64,000 bases of DNA from Desulfocapsa sp. (GTDB lineage: Bacteria > Desulfobacterota > Desulfobulbia > Desulfobulbales > Desulfocapsaceae), in assembly GCA_016765495.1 (NCBI GenBank), contig JAESPV010000035.1, positions 51,729-115,728 on the forward strand, read 5' to 3'. Both the position numbers and the translations under genes were made by a program. Of the stretch, positions 9,289 through 17,505 are shown in pieces; within the stretch, counting starts at the first letter, position 1; every line of letters starts with the position of its first letter. The notes beneath the pieces were generated by a model that was not told the origin of the DNA, made no database searches, and saw nothing but the letters and a program-made list of their open reading frames with translations.

Positions 9289-10404
9289 ATGTATACGAAC
9301 TACTTTGGTCTTAAAGAAAAACCTTTTTCCATAGCTCCGGATCCGCGCTATCTCTACATGAGTGAGCTGCATCGGGAAGCTTTGGCCCATCTTCTGTATG
9401 GAATCAGTGGTGACGGTTGTTTTATTCTTCTTACAGGAGATGTGGGTACAGGGAAAACCACGGTATGCCGCTGTCTTCTTGCTCAGCTTCCTGAAAATAC
9501 CGACGTGGCCCTTATTGTTAATCCTCGCCTTACTGTTCTTGAACTTCTCAAAACCATCTGTGATGAGTTGGAAATTCCCACAGAAGAAAATGAGAAGAGT
9601 GTCAAAGCCTATATAGACAAATTGAATGCCTTTCTTTTGGAGGCCCACGCCAATGGCAGAAATGTTGCGCTTCTCATTGACGAGGCTCAAAACTTAAGTC
9701 TTGACCTTCTTGAACAGTTGCGTCTGTTGACAAATTTGGAAACAGACCAGAAGAAGCTGTTGAAAATTGTGCTGCTTGGGCAGACGGAGCTGAGAGAAAT
9801 ACTGAATCAGGAAGGAGCTGCCCAGATAAGCCAGCGTATTACATCAAGATACCACCTTTTACCTCTTGATAGAGAGAATACCTTTAACTATATTCATCAT
9901 CGATTGGCAGTGGCTGGTGAAAGAGATGCAATTTTTTCAAAGGCAGCTCTGGCCCTGATCTTTGAATACAGTCAGGGGATTCCACGCCTCATTAATGTTT
10001 TGTGTGACCGCTCACTCCTTGGAACCTACGTGGAAGAACAGTATCTGGTGAATGAGCGCATTGTGAAAAAAGCAGCTCAAGAGGTTCTGGGCGGTGTTGT
10101 TACAGAAAAAAACAGTCCACCGACAGGGCAGCAAACGTGGCTTAAAGTTGCTTTGCTGTTACTTTTGTTTCTACTCGGTGTGGGGAGTGTTTCTTATTTT
10201 TCCGGCAATCAGGCCGGAGTTACAACCGCCCCTGATCCCACTCCTGTACAAGAGACTGTTGCCCTTCAGCAGGTTGAAAAGGAAAATAGTATTTTTGAAG
10301 AACCTGAGCAGAATATGATTCCTGCTGTTGCAGACCCCACAGAAAAGAAACAGAAGAAGAAAGGTTCACGTATTCGGATAGTTCCACTTGAGATAATTGA
10401 CTAG
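9289..10404 (+). CDS. exeA: ExeA/GspA-family AAA ATPase
   Basis: MY..YFGLKEKPFSIAPDPRYLY start, Walker A GDVGTGKT, Walker B LLIDEAQ, GIPRLIN; C-terminal TM. Confidence 0.92.
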   Translation: MYTNYFGLKEKPFSIAPDPRYLYMSELHREALAHLLYGISGDGCFILLTGDVGTGKTTVCRCLLAQLPENTDVALIVNPRLTVLELLKTICDELEIPTEENEKSVKAYIDKLNAFLLEAHANGRNVALLIDEAQNLSLDLLEQLRLLTNLETDQKKLLKIVLLGQTELREILNQEGAAQISQRITSRYHLLPLDRENTFNYIHHRLAVAGERDAIFSKAALALIFEYSQGIPRLINVLCDRSLLGTYVEEQYLVNERIVKKAAQEVLGGVVTEKNSPPTGQQTWLKVALLLLLFLLGVGSVSYFSGNQAGVTTAPDPTPVQETVALQQVEKENSIFEEPEQNMIPAVADPTEKKQKKKGSRIRIVPLEIID

Positions 10405-10420
10405 TGAGGAGAATATAACA

Positions 10421-11062
10421 ATGTCTTATATTCTGGAAGCACTAAAAAAATCTGACAAGGAACGGTATCAGGATAAGATTCCTGATCTCAAAGCAGATCA
10501 TTCTTTGCCGTATTCAAGAAGGAAAAACCGAAAGTTCTCCGGTTGGCTCCGACCGGGAGTCTTGGTTTTGGGACTGGTGTGTGCGGGCGCTTTTGTTTGG
10601 TGGCAGCTCTCAGCTAATCAACCGATGCCTGTTGCAGAGACTCCGGAGGAAAGGGTTCAAGCGGTGTCTGAACTGGAAACTCCCTTCCCAAGACCGGCAA
10701 CAACTTCTCAAAAAGCTGTTGCAGGAAAACCGGTACCCATAGAACAGACTAAAAAGAAAGCTCCCGCCTCTGTTGCTCCCGTTGCTGCTAAAAAGAATTC
10801 CATAGCAGTGGAAACGCCCCTGGTGACGTCCCTTCCTCCACTTCTTGAAGATTTACCTATTGCAGTAAGGGCTGGAATCCCTGATCTCAGCTTTGCCGGG
10901 CATGTTTATTCCGATGCGGCCCCAAAACGACTGATCATCATCAATAACCGAGTTGTACGTGAAGGTGATCTGATTTCCAATGGCCTTGTTTTGCGACAGA
11001 TTGATCCCGATGGAGTAGTTCTAAAGTATGAAACATCAGTTTTCAGAGTGAAACTATTTTGA
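10421..11062 (+). CDS. gspB: General secretion pathway protein GspB/ExeB
   Basis: MSYILEALKKS start, TM, Pro-rich linker, HVYS...IINN..VREGD C-terminal domain; follows exeA. Confidence 0.88.
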   Translation: MSYILEALKKSDKERYQDKIPDLKADHSLPYSRRKNRKFSGWLRPGVLVLGLVCAGAFVWWQLSANQPMPVAETPEERVQAVSELETPFPRPATTSQKAVAGKPVPIEQTKKKAPASVAPVAAKKNSIAVETPLVTSLPPLLEDLPIAVRAGIPDLSFAGHVYSDAAPKRLIIINNRVVREGDLISNGLVLRQIDPDGVVLKYETSVFRVKLF

Positions 11063-12483
11063 CTTCCCTGTTTGACCCGTTTGTTGCCTGGTTTGTTCGC
11101 CAATCTCATCCCACTCAGCTTTTTGCTGTGTCGGGCTGGAGTTTTCTTTGCGGTTTGATGCTTGCATCTTTGGTTCTCTGGATCTTTTTTCAAAAACAGA
11201 AGAACAGCGCTCTTGAAAGACGTTCCGTCATTGCCGGCTTTGAAAAACGGGCCCTGGAAGAACGTATCGCAGCCAACGTGCTGGTGTGTGAGACTATTCG
11301 TCAACAAAACGATAAGGTGTACCAGGAAAAGAAATTACAGATTGAAACAATCAGTGACCTGCAGGAGCAGCTCTCACTGCAGCGCAGTGAAAACGCAAGC
11401 TTACGGACCCGTATAGAACAGGAACAGCTCCATTCGGCAGAAAAACTTGATCTGCTGGACGATGCGCGAGAGCAATTACGTCTCCAGTTTGCTGAACTGG
11501 CCTCTTCAATTCTTGAAGAAAAAAGTGCTCATTTTTCTAAAGACAGTCAGGAAAAACTCTCCTCTCTTCTCGTACCATTTCATGATCAACTCGCATCCTT
11601 TCGGCAGAAAGTAGATGCTGTTCATCATGCTGAGACACGAGATCGGGCTGCTTTGCAACGTGAAATAGCATCACTTAGAAACCTTAACCAGCAAATGAGC
11701 GATGAGGCAATAAATCTCACTCGTGCTTTAAAAGGAGATAAGCAGGTTCAAGGAACCTGGGGAGAGCTTGTTCTGGAAAGGGTTTTGGAACAATCCGCAC
11801 TGCGAAAGGGTGTGGAATATAAAACACAAACTGTTTTCAGGGATAAGAATAATCGTTTACAGCGACCCGATGTCATTGTCCATCTGCCCGAGGGGCGTGA
11901 TATTATCATTGATTCCAAGGTGTCTCTCATCTCCTGGGAAAAATATGTAAACTGTAATGACGAAAAAAAACAGGCTGACTTTCTTACATCCCATGTAAAA
12001 GCAATTAAAGAGCACGTGAGGCTTTTGGCTGATAAAGACTATACTTCTCTGGCGGAGATACGGAGCCTTGATTTTGTTCTTATGTTTATGCCGGTGGAAG
12101 CAGCGTTTCTTGCTGCATTTCAGGCAGATGATACGCTGTTTACAGTTGCTGTAACCCGAAATATTATCCTTGTCAGCCCCACCACTTTACTCACCACTCT
12201 CCGCACCATTGAGAGTATCTGGCGTTACGAAAAACAAAGCCGGAATGCACGGGAAATTGCCGAACGGGCAGCCGCACTCTATGATAAGTTTTGTTCTTTT
12301 ACTGAAGACATGGAGCGTATGGGAAAGCAAATACATACACTGCAAAACAGTTACGACAGCGCCATGACACGTTTGAGCCGCGGGCGTGGTAATCTGCTTT
12401 CCAAAGTCGAACATTTTCCTCAGATGGGTGTGAAGGTAAACAAGACCATCCCCAAATCGATACTTGAGCAGGCTGATTTCTGA
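11059..12483 (+). CDS. rmuC: DNA recombination protein RmuC
   Basis: QGTWGELVLERVLE, RPDVIVHLP, IIDSKVSL, DFVLMFMPVE and SPTTL motifs. Confidence 0.95.
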   Translation: MTSLFDPFVAWFVRQSHPTQLFAVSGWSFLCGLMLASLVLWIFFQKQKNSALERRSVIAGFEKRALEERIAANVLVCETIRQQNDKVYQEKKLQIETISDLQEQLSLQRSENASLRTRIEQEQLHSAEKLDLLDDAREQLRLQFAELASSILEEKSAHFSKDSQEKLSSLLVPFHDQLASFRQKVDAVHHAETRDRAALQREIASLRNLNQQMSDEAINLTRALKGDKQVQGTWGELVLERVLEQSALRKGVEYKTQTVFRDKNNRLQRPDVIVHLPEGRDIIIDSKVSLISWEKYVNCNDEKKQADFLTSHVKAIKEHVRLLADKDYTSLAEIRSLDFVLMFMPVEAAFLAAFQADDTLFTVAVTRNIILVSPTTLLTTLRTIESIWRYEKQSRNAREIAERAAALYDKFCSFTEDMERMGKQIHTLQNSYDSAMTRLSRGRGNLLSKVEHFPQMGVKVNKTIPKSILEQADF

Positions 12484-12709
12484 GTGGGTTCTGAGGCGGT
12501 TATTTCGTTTGTTTTTGACATTGCATATGTAGATGCTGTCTTGAGAAATGTTATTTTTATTGAGCAGCAGATGCAATAGAAAAGACTCCTAATGGCCAAT
12601 AGTTATCATTATTGTCTTTACAAACACAAAAATATACATAATATTGATTATGAATAAACCTCAGATGAGACCTGAGTATCTATAGTCTATAATAAATATG
12701 GAGGACTTT

Positions 12710-13156
12710 ATGTGCATGGAAGTTAAGAGAACGTGTCACTGCGGTCAAAAAGAGGCTTCATTTCATTTGCGTGACAATGTGATGGGCCAAGAGGTTATTG
12801 ATCGTCTGTTCTGTCCCAGTTGTTCTACTGATCAGAAGCTTAATAAAGACACAATGGTTTGTGATAACAACTGGATAATCGAATACGATATGGATCTGGC
12901 CAGAATGTTTGCTATCACCAAGCTGAGTATGGATCCGGCTCATGTAAACCCTGGATACATTTTTGATGAAGGCTATGCAACATGGCGCGAAATGTACCCG
13001 GGTGAGACCGAAGATATAACCGATGAGCGAAACAAAATCATTGCAATGAAAGATAGTGACCCAAAAGAATATCTTGCTGCTATTAACTCCTGGGCGGTTG
13101 AGAGGATTCAACGATTGAAAGATGATGGCTGGCGTAAGGCTGTACGGACGTGTTGA
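12710..13156 (+). CDS. Conserved hypothetical protein with CxC...CxxC
   Basis: GGAGG RBS before ATG 12710; CHCG and CPSC motifs; followed by its own terminator. Confidence 0.75.
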   Translation: MCMEVKRTCHCGQKEASFHLRDNVMGQEVIDRLFCPSCSTDQKLNKDTMVCDNNWIIEYDMDLARMFAITKLSMDPAHVNPGYIFDEGYATWREMYPGETEDITDERNKIIAMKDSDPKEYLAAINSWAVERIQRLKDDGWRKAVRTC

Positions 13157-13183
13157 TTGCCAGGGAATAATATAAATAAAAAC

Positions 13184-13221
13184 AAAAAGTGCCTGAACAG
13201 AGAGCTGTTTGGGCACTTTTT
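13184..13221 (+). terminator. Rho-independent terminator (possibly bidirectional)
   Basis: AAAAAGTGCCTGAACAG-AGAG-CTGTTTGGGCACTTTTT hairpin. Confidence 0.8.
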
Positions 13222-13238
13222 GTATCTAAGGGTAAATT

Positions 13239-14678
13239 ATGACGCCAAAAGACGTGGTTTTTTCATCTTTGTCGAAAATCAGTGTACATCTTGGTATACT
13301 TTTGTTGCTTCTCGGATCCGTATCATCTTCATGGGCACTAGTAGAACCGTATGACATGATGCATCGCCAGAAGTGGACAGGTGACTATGACCGGATGCTG
13401 GATAGAAGACTAATCCGGATTTTGATACCATACAGCAAAACGTATTATTTTCTGGATGGTGCAACCGAAAAAGGTTTGGCGTATGATGGCGCAAAGTTTT
13501 TTGAAAAATATATCAATGAACTGCAGAAAACCAAACATTTAAAGGTTCATCTGGTGATTATCCCAACCGAACGCAGTGTTTTATTAACAAACCTGGTTGA
13601 AGGCTTGGGAGATATTGCCATGGGCAACTTGACTATTACCGAAGAACGGCAGAGAATGGTCGATTTTTCAGTACCTTTCTTAACCAATGTAAAAGAAATC
13701 ATTGTTACCGGTAAAAATGGACCTGAGCTGAAAAACAGTTTTGACTTGGCGGGTAAGGAACTTTATGTCCGCAAATCAAGTAGCTACCATGGAAGCATCC
13801 TGAAGCTTAACGAGGTGCTGATATCCACAGGAAAGAAACCGGTGAAAATAACTCTCGCCGATGAGCATTTGGAAGATGAGGATCTTCTGGAAATGCTGGA
13901 TGCAGGAGTTATCTCCATGCTGATCGTGGATAGTCACAAAGCTGAATTCTGGGCAAAAATATTGAAAAACATTACACTCCATCCCAATGTTGCTGTGCAT
14001 AGTGGAGGGGATATTGGTTGGGCCTTTAGAAAAAACAGCCCGAAATTAAAGGCAGTTGTTGATGGATTTGTGAAGAAGAATAAAAAAGGTACTCTTCACG
14101 GTAATATGGCATTTAACAAATATTTGAAAGATACGAAATATATGACAAATCCTGCTGCTGCAAAAGAGCGGGAGAAGTTTAAAGCTTTGATGAACTATTT
14201 TAAGGTCTATGCCAAAAAATATGATTTTAATTATCTTATGCTGACAGCTCTTGCCTACCAGGAATCACGCTTGGACCAAAATGCCAGGAGTCATGTCGGT
14301 GCAGTGGGTGTTATGCAGATTTTACCATCCACTGCCAAGGATAAGAATGTTAACATTCCAAATATTAAGTCTGTTGAGGATAATATCCATGCAGGAACAA
14401 AGTATCTGCGTTTTATGGTGGATCGCTACTTTACCGATGAGGGAATTAGTCCCCTGAATCAAGGATTACTCGCCTTTGCTTCCTACAATGCTGGTCCTGC
14501 AAAAATTACCAGATTGCGTAAAGAGGCTAAGGAAATGGGATTGGATCCCAATGTTTGGTTTAAAAACGTGGAAGTAGTTGCAGCAAAAAGGATTGGTCGC
14601 GAGACTGTTCAATACGTGAGTAATATTTATAAATATTATGTGGTGTACACTCTTCTTGCTAAGCAAGGGAAGCTGTAA
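13239..14678 (+). CDS. MltF-like lytic transglycosylase (SBP_bac_3 plus SLT domain)
   Basis: Periplasmic-binding domain followed by AYQESRL, GAVGVMQI and ASYNAGP SLT motifs. Confidence 0.9.
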   Translation: MTPKDVVFSSLSKISVHLGILLLLLGSVSSSWALVEPYDMMHRQKWTGDYDRMLDRRLIRILIPYSKTYYFLDGATEKGLAYDGAKFFEKYINELQKTKHLKVHLVIIPTERSVLLTNLVEGLGDIAMGNLTITEERQRMVDFSVPFLTNVKEIIVTGKNGPELKNSFDLAGKELYVRKSSSYHGSILKLNEVLISTGKKPVKITLADEHLEDEDLLEMLDAGVISMLIVDSHKAEFWAKILKNITLHPNVAVHSGGDIGWAFRKNSPKLKAVVDGFVKKNKKGTLHGNMAFNKYLKDTKYMTNPAAAKEREKFKALMNYFKVYAKKYDFNYLMLTALAYQESRLDQNARSHVGAVGVMQILPSTAKDKNVNIPNIKSVEDNIHAGTKYLRFMVDRYFTDEGISPLNQGLLAFASYNAGPAKITRLRKEAKEMGLDPNVWFKNVEVVAAKRIGRETVQYVSNIYKYYVVYTLLAKQGKL

Positions 14679-14751
14679 GGCCCCGGTAAACATCTACAGG
14701 CTGGAGTTTTCTAAAAAAAAACAATCGGCATGTACGATGTCCTTTTCATTG

Positions 14752-15072
14752 TCAGACTTTAGAGCCAAAACTTTGCTGAGTTGCCACTTCAATGGCCAGC
14801 TCAGTTCTTGCGTGCATGTCCATTTCCTTTCCTTTTTCCTTGCACCAGGCAGGAAATGTTTCTGGGTCTATAAAGACTTTAATGACGATATCCCCACTGG
14901 CTTCCACTTTTTTTACCATTTCTTCAGCCTTTGGGAGCCAGTCTGAGTAACTTCCGGGGAGAAGATGGCTGTCGGTGAAGAGTTTTTGGAGTGCATCCCA
15001 GTGTTCTTCTCTATACCAGACCATGGCCTGAATTGATGTTTCCTGATTTTCTGGATTTGTCGTATCTGTCAT
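14752..15072 (-). CDS. Hypothetical protein
   Basis: 106 aa ORF with purine-rich RBS and plausible globular composition (VWYREEHW...F.AWC). Confidence 0.7.
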   Translation of the reverse strand: MTDTTNPENQETSIQAMVWYREEHWDALQKLFTDSHLLPGSYSDWLPKAEEMVKKVEASGDIVIKVFIDPETFPAWCKEKGKEMDMHARTELAIEVATQQSFGSKV

Positions 15073-15132
15073 GTTCTTTCTCTCAGCTTTTTTACGTCCC
15101 CATGCTTCTGCCTGGAACCATTGAATACCGTT

Positions 15133-16101
15133 TTACTTAAGCCCAACTTCCTTGAAATACTTCATAGCACCAGGATGAAATGGTGCAGAAATCCCTGTCA
15201 GCATACTTCCTTTTGTGAGGGTACTAAAGGCCGGATGCAGTGTTCTGAATTCTTCTAAATTATCGAATACTTCTTTGGTAATAGCATACACAATATCATC
15301 GGGTATTCTACTGGAGGTGCACAAGGTCGCCTTAACCCCAAAAGTTATCACGTCCTGCTTGTTATCTGCACCAGGGTAGAGTTTTATCGGAATACTTGTT
15401 TTGGTATAGTAGGGATATTTCTCAAGTAGGCTGTCAACACCGGCAATATCTGCAATAACAACTTTACGGGCACCAGAAGTTACCTCTTTGATCGATCCGG
15501 ATGGATGTCCCACAGTATAGAAGAATGCATCAATACGATTGTCCTGCAACAGCCCGGCAGCCTCGGATGCTTTGATGGATTCAGCTATTATATCTTTTTC
15601 ATAATCAATACCAACTGCAGTGAGAGCATCAATCGCGTTCTGGCGTTGTCCTGATCCCGGATTTCCAATATTTACTCTCTTAACTTTAAGATCTCTGATG
15701 GTTTTTATTCCGGCATCAGATGCAGTAACAAGTGTCACAGCTTCCGGGTGAATGGAAAAAACTGCTCGAAGCTCTGTCTGAGGTCCTTTAGCTTTCCACT
15801 CAGCCATTCCATTCATAGCTTGAAACTGACGGTCGGACTGGACAATACCAAATGCCATATCACCTGCCATAATCGCATTAATGTTAAAAACAGACCCCCC
15901 AGTGGACTCAACAGTTGCGCGGATGCCATACTCTTTATTCTTTTTGTTGACCATTTTCGCAATGGCTCCGCCAGTAGGATAGTAAACCCCGGTTATGCCG
16001 CCGGTACCAATGGTCACAAAAATAGATCCTGCCTGGGTAGATCCAATGTCCAGGATTACAGCAAGAAAGAGAATAGTCAAGGCTACTGACAATTTTTTCA
16101 T
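15133..16101 (-). CDS. TAXI-family TRAP transporter solute-binding protein
   Basis: IGTGGITGVYYPTG, STGGSVFN, GNPGSG and PFHPGAMKYF motifs; GGAGG RBS. Confidence 0.93.
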   Translation of the reverse strand: MKKLSVALTILFLAVILDIGSTQAGSIFVTIGTGGITGVYYPTGGAIAKMVNKKNKEYGIRATVESTGGSVFNINAIMAGDMAFGIVQSDRQFQAMNGMAEWKAKGPQTELRAVFSIHPEAVTLVTASDAGIKTIRDLKVKRVNIGNPGSGQRQNAIDALTAVGIDYEKDIIAESIKASEAAGLLQDNRIDAFFYTVGHPSGSIKEVTSGARKVVIADIAGVDSLLEKYPYYTKTSIPIKLYPGADNKQDVITFGVKATLCTSSRIPDDIVYAITKEVFDNLEEFRTLHPAFSTLTKGSMLTGISAPFHPGAMKYFKEVGLK

Positions 16102-16554
16102 ATTAACCTCCAGGTGGTGAGGTGGAACTGCCTATACAATTATGAATATCTGGTAAACATGATGCCCTGCGGGAAGAAGTTATCGGTGTTCAGTGTTCAG
16201 TGTTCAATAACTAAAAATTGCATACTGATATGCTAACCTCTTACAGAGGGACAATGTCCACAAAAACATTAATTTCTCTACATATATTTCTCTACACATA
16301 AATAGACAGATGTGTATAATAATATTTGATAATGATGATTTCCACAAGCATTTTACATTGAAGCACGGTGTTTTTCAGGCCTGTACTGTTGAATCATGGT
16401 CAGGTTTTGTTATCTATTTTACAAAACACCGGATGAAAAAACGATATAATCTTGATTTGGTATATTAACAGGCTAACATACGAATGAGATATATGGTTAT
16501 ATGACATACATATCTTGTGATTAGAGTGAAATTATACTTTTAAGAGGAACGATT

Positions 16555-17232
16555 ATGAACAACAAGCTTATTATTGGATCTGCATTTATGCTACTTATTG
16601 GCTCAGAAAGTGTTCTGGCCAGTCAAGGGGATGTGGGAGTTGGGGTGAAGGCTGGAACACTGGGAGCTGGCGTTGAAGTAATGTTTGGTATCTCTGATGA
16701 CTTGGCTCTCCGGGGTGGATTGAATTATATTACATTTGATTTTGACTCTACTCTCAGTGGTGTTGACTATACCATGGAGCCAGAGTTTAAAAATGTGACC
16801 ATGCTGCTTGACTGGCATCCTTTTAGTGGAACCTTTCGTTTAACTGGAGGCTTCTCATTAAATGATAACAAGGTGAATGTTGATGGTGTTTTTGATCGGG
16901 AGCTGATCCCATCGGAATACAATCAATACGCTTACCTGACGGATCGGGTGCATTTACAGGGTTCTGTTGATTTTAATACTTTTGCCCCTTATGCGGGCAT
17001 TGGTTGGACTTCCAGCCATGGAGACTCCGGCTGGGGTATAAGTTGTGATTTTGGCGTTCTGTTTCAAGGAGCCGCAGCAGTATCTGACCTAACGGTGGTT
17101 GGCGATGTAGATAGCCGCTTTCAGGGCGAAGTGAATGATTTTCTAGATGAACAGAAAAAGGAAATCCAGGATGAACTGGATAAGTATGAATACTATCCGG
17201 TTGCTTCAATTATGCTGCATTATAATTTTTGA
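16555..17232 (+). CDS. Outer-membrane beta-barrel protein
   Basis: Signal peptide, GTLGAG and APYAGIGW motifs, C-terminal YxF. Confidence 0.8.
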   Translation: MNNKLIIGSAFMLLIGSESVLASQGDVGVGVKAGTLGAGVEVMFGISDDLALRGGLNYITFDFDSTLSGVDYTMEPEFKNVTMLLDWHPFSGTFRLTGGFSLNDNKVNVDGVFDRELIPSEYNQYAYLTDRVHLQGSVDFNTFAPYAGIGWTSSHGDSGWGISCDFGVLFQGAAAVSDLTVVGDVDSRFQGEVNDFLDEQKKEIQDELDKYEYYPVASIMLHYNF

Positions 17233-17262
17233 ACATCTGTCCCTTGAAAAAAGATTCTCCAG

Positions 17263-17309
17263 CCATTACGATTTCCGCCCACTTTAAAGCTGAAGAGACA
17301 GTACGTACC
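17263..17309 (-). repeat. Degenerate 47-bp copy of an S24-peptidase coding segment (other copy at 17744-17790)
   Basis: 42/47 identity by manual alignment; encodes GTYCLFSFKVGGNRNG versus GAYCLFSFEVGGSRNG. Confidence 0.85.
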
Positions 17310-17505
17310 TGCTGTCTCAATAGCTTCCGCCGAAAACGAAACACTGTCGAATATGATTACAGTGGTGGTGCCAACCGATAACGATACAAACGAGTTCATT
17401 GCTTTTACTAAAGAGTGTTCCGGGATGATCTGATTCACTGGCTGTATTCAGCCCATCCCGGATTCACGCCTCCCCAGACTCATCAACGTTCACCAGACAT
17501 TCTCC

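Noticed and set aside
16185-16300. Short repeats (GTGTTCA)x3 and ATTTCTCTACA x2 in the TAXI/barrel intergenic region
   Set aside because: Too short and too few copies to support a function.
17340-17500. att-site duplication of the tRNA-Met 3' end at the far island boundary
   Set aside because: Only a 6-bp TGGTGG match near 17363, which is chance level; no integrase in the window.
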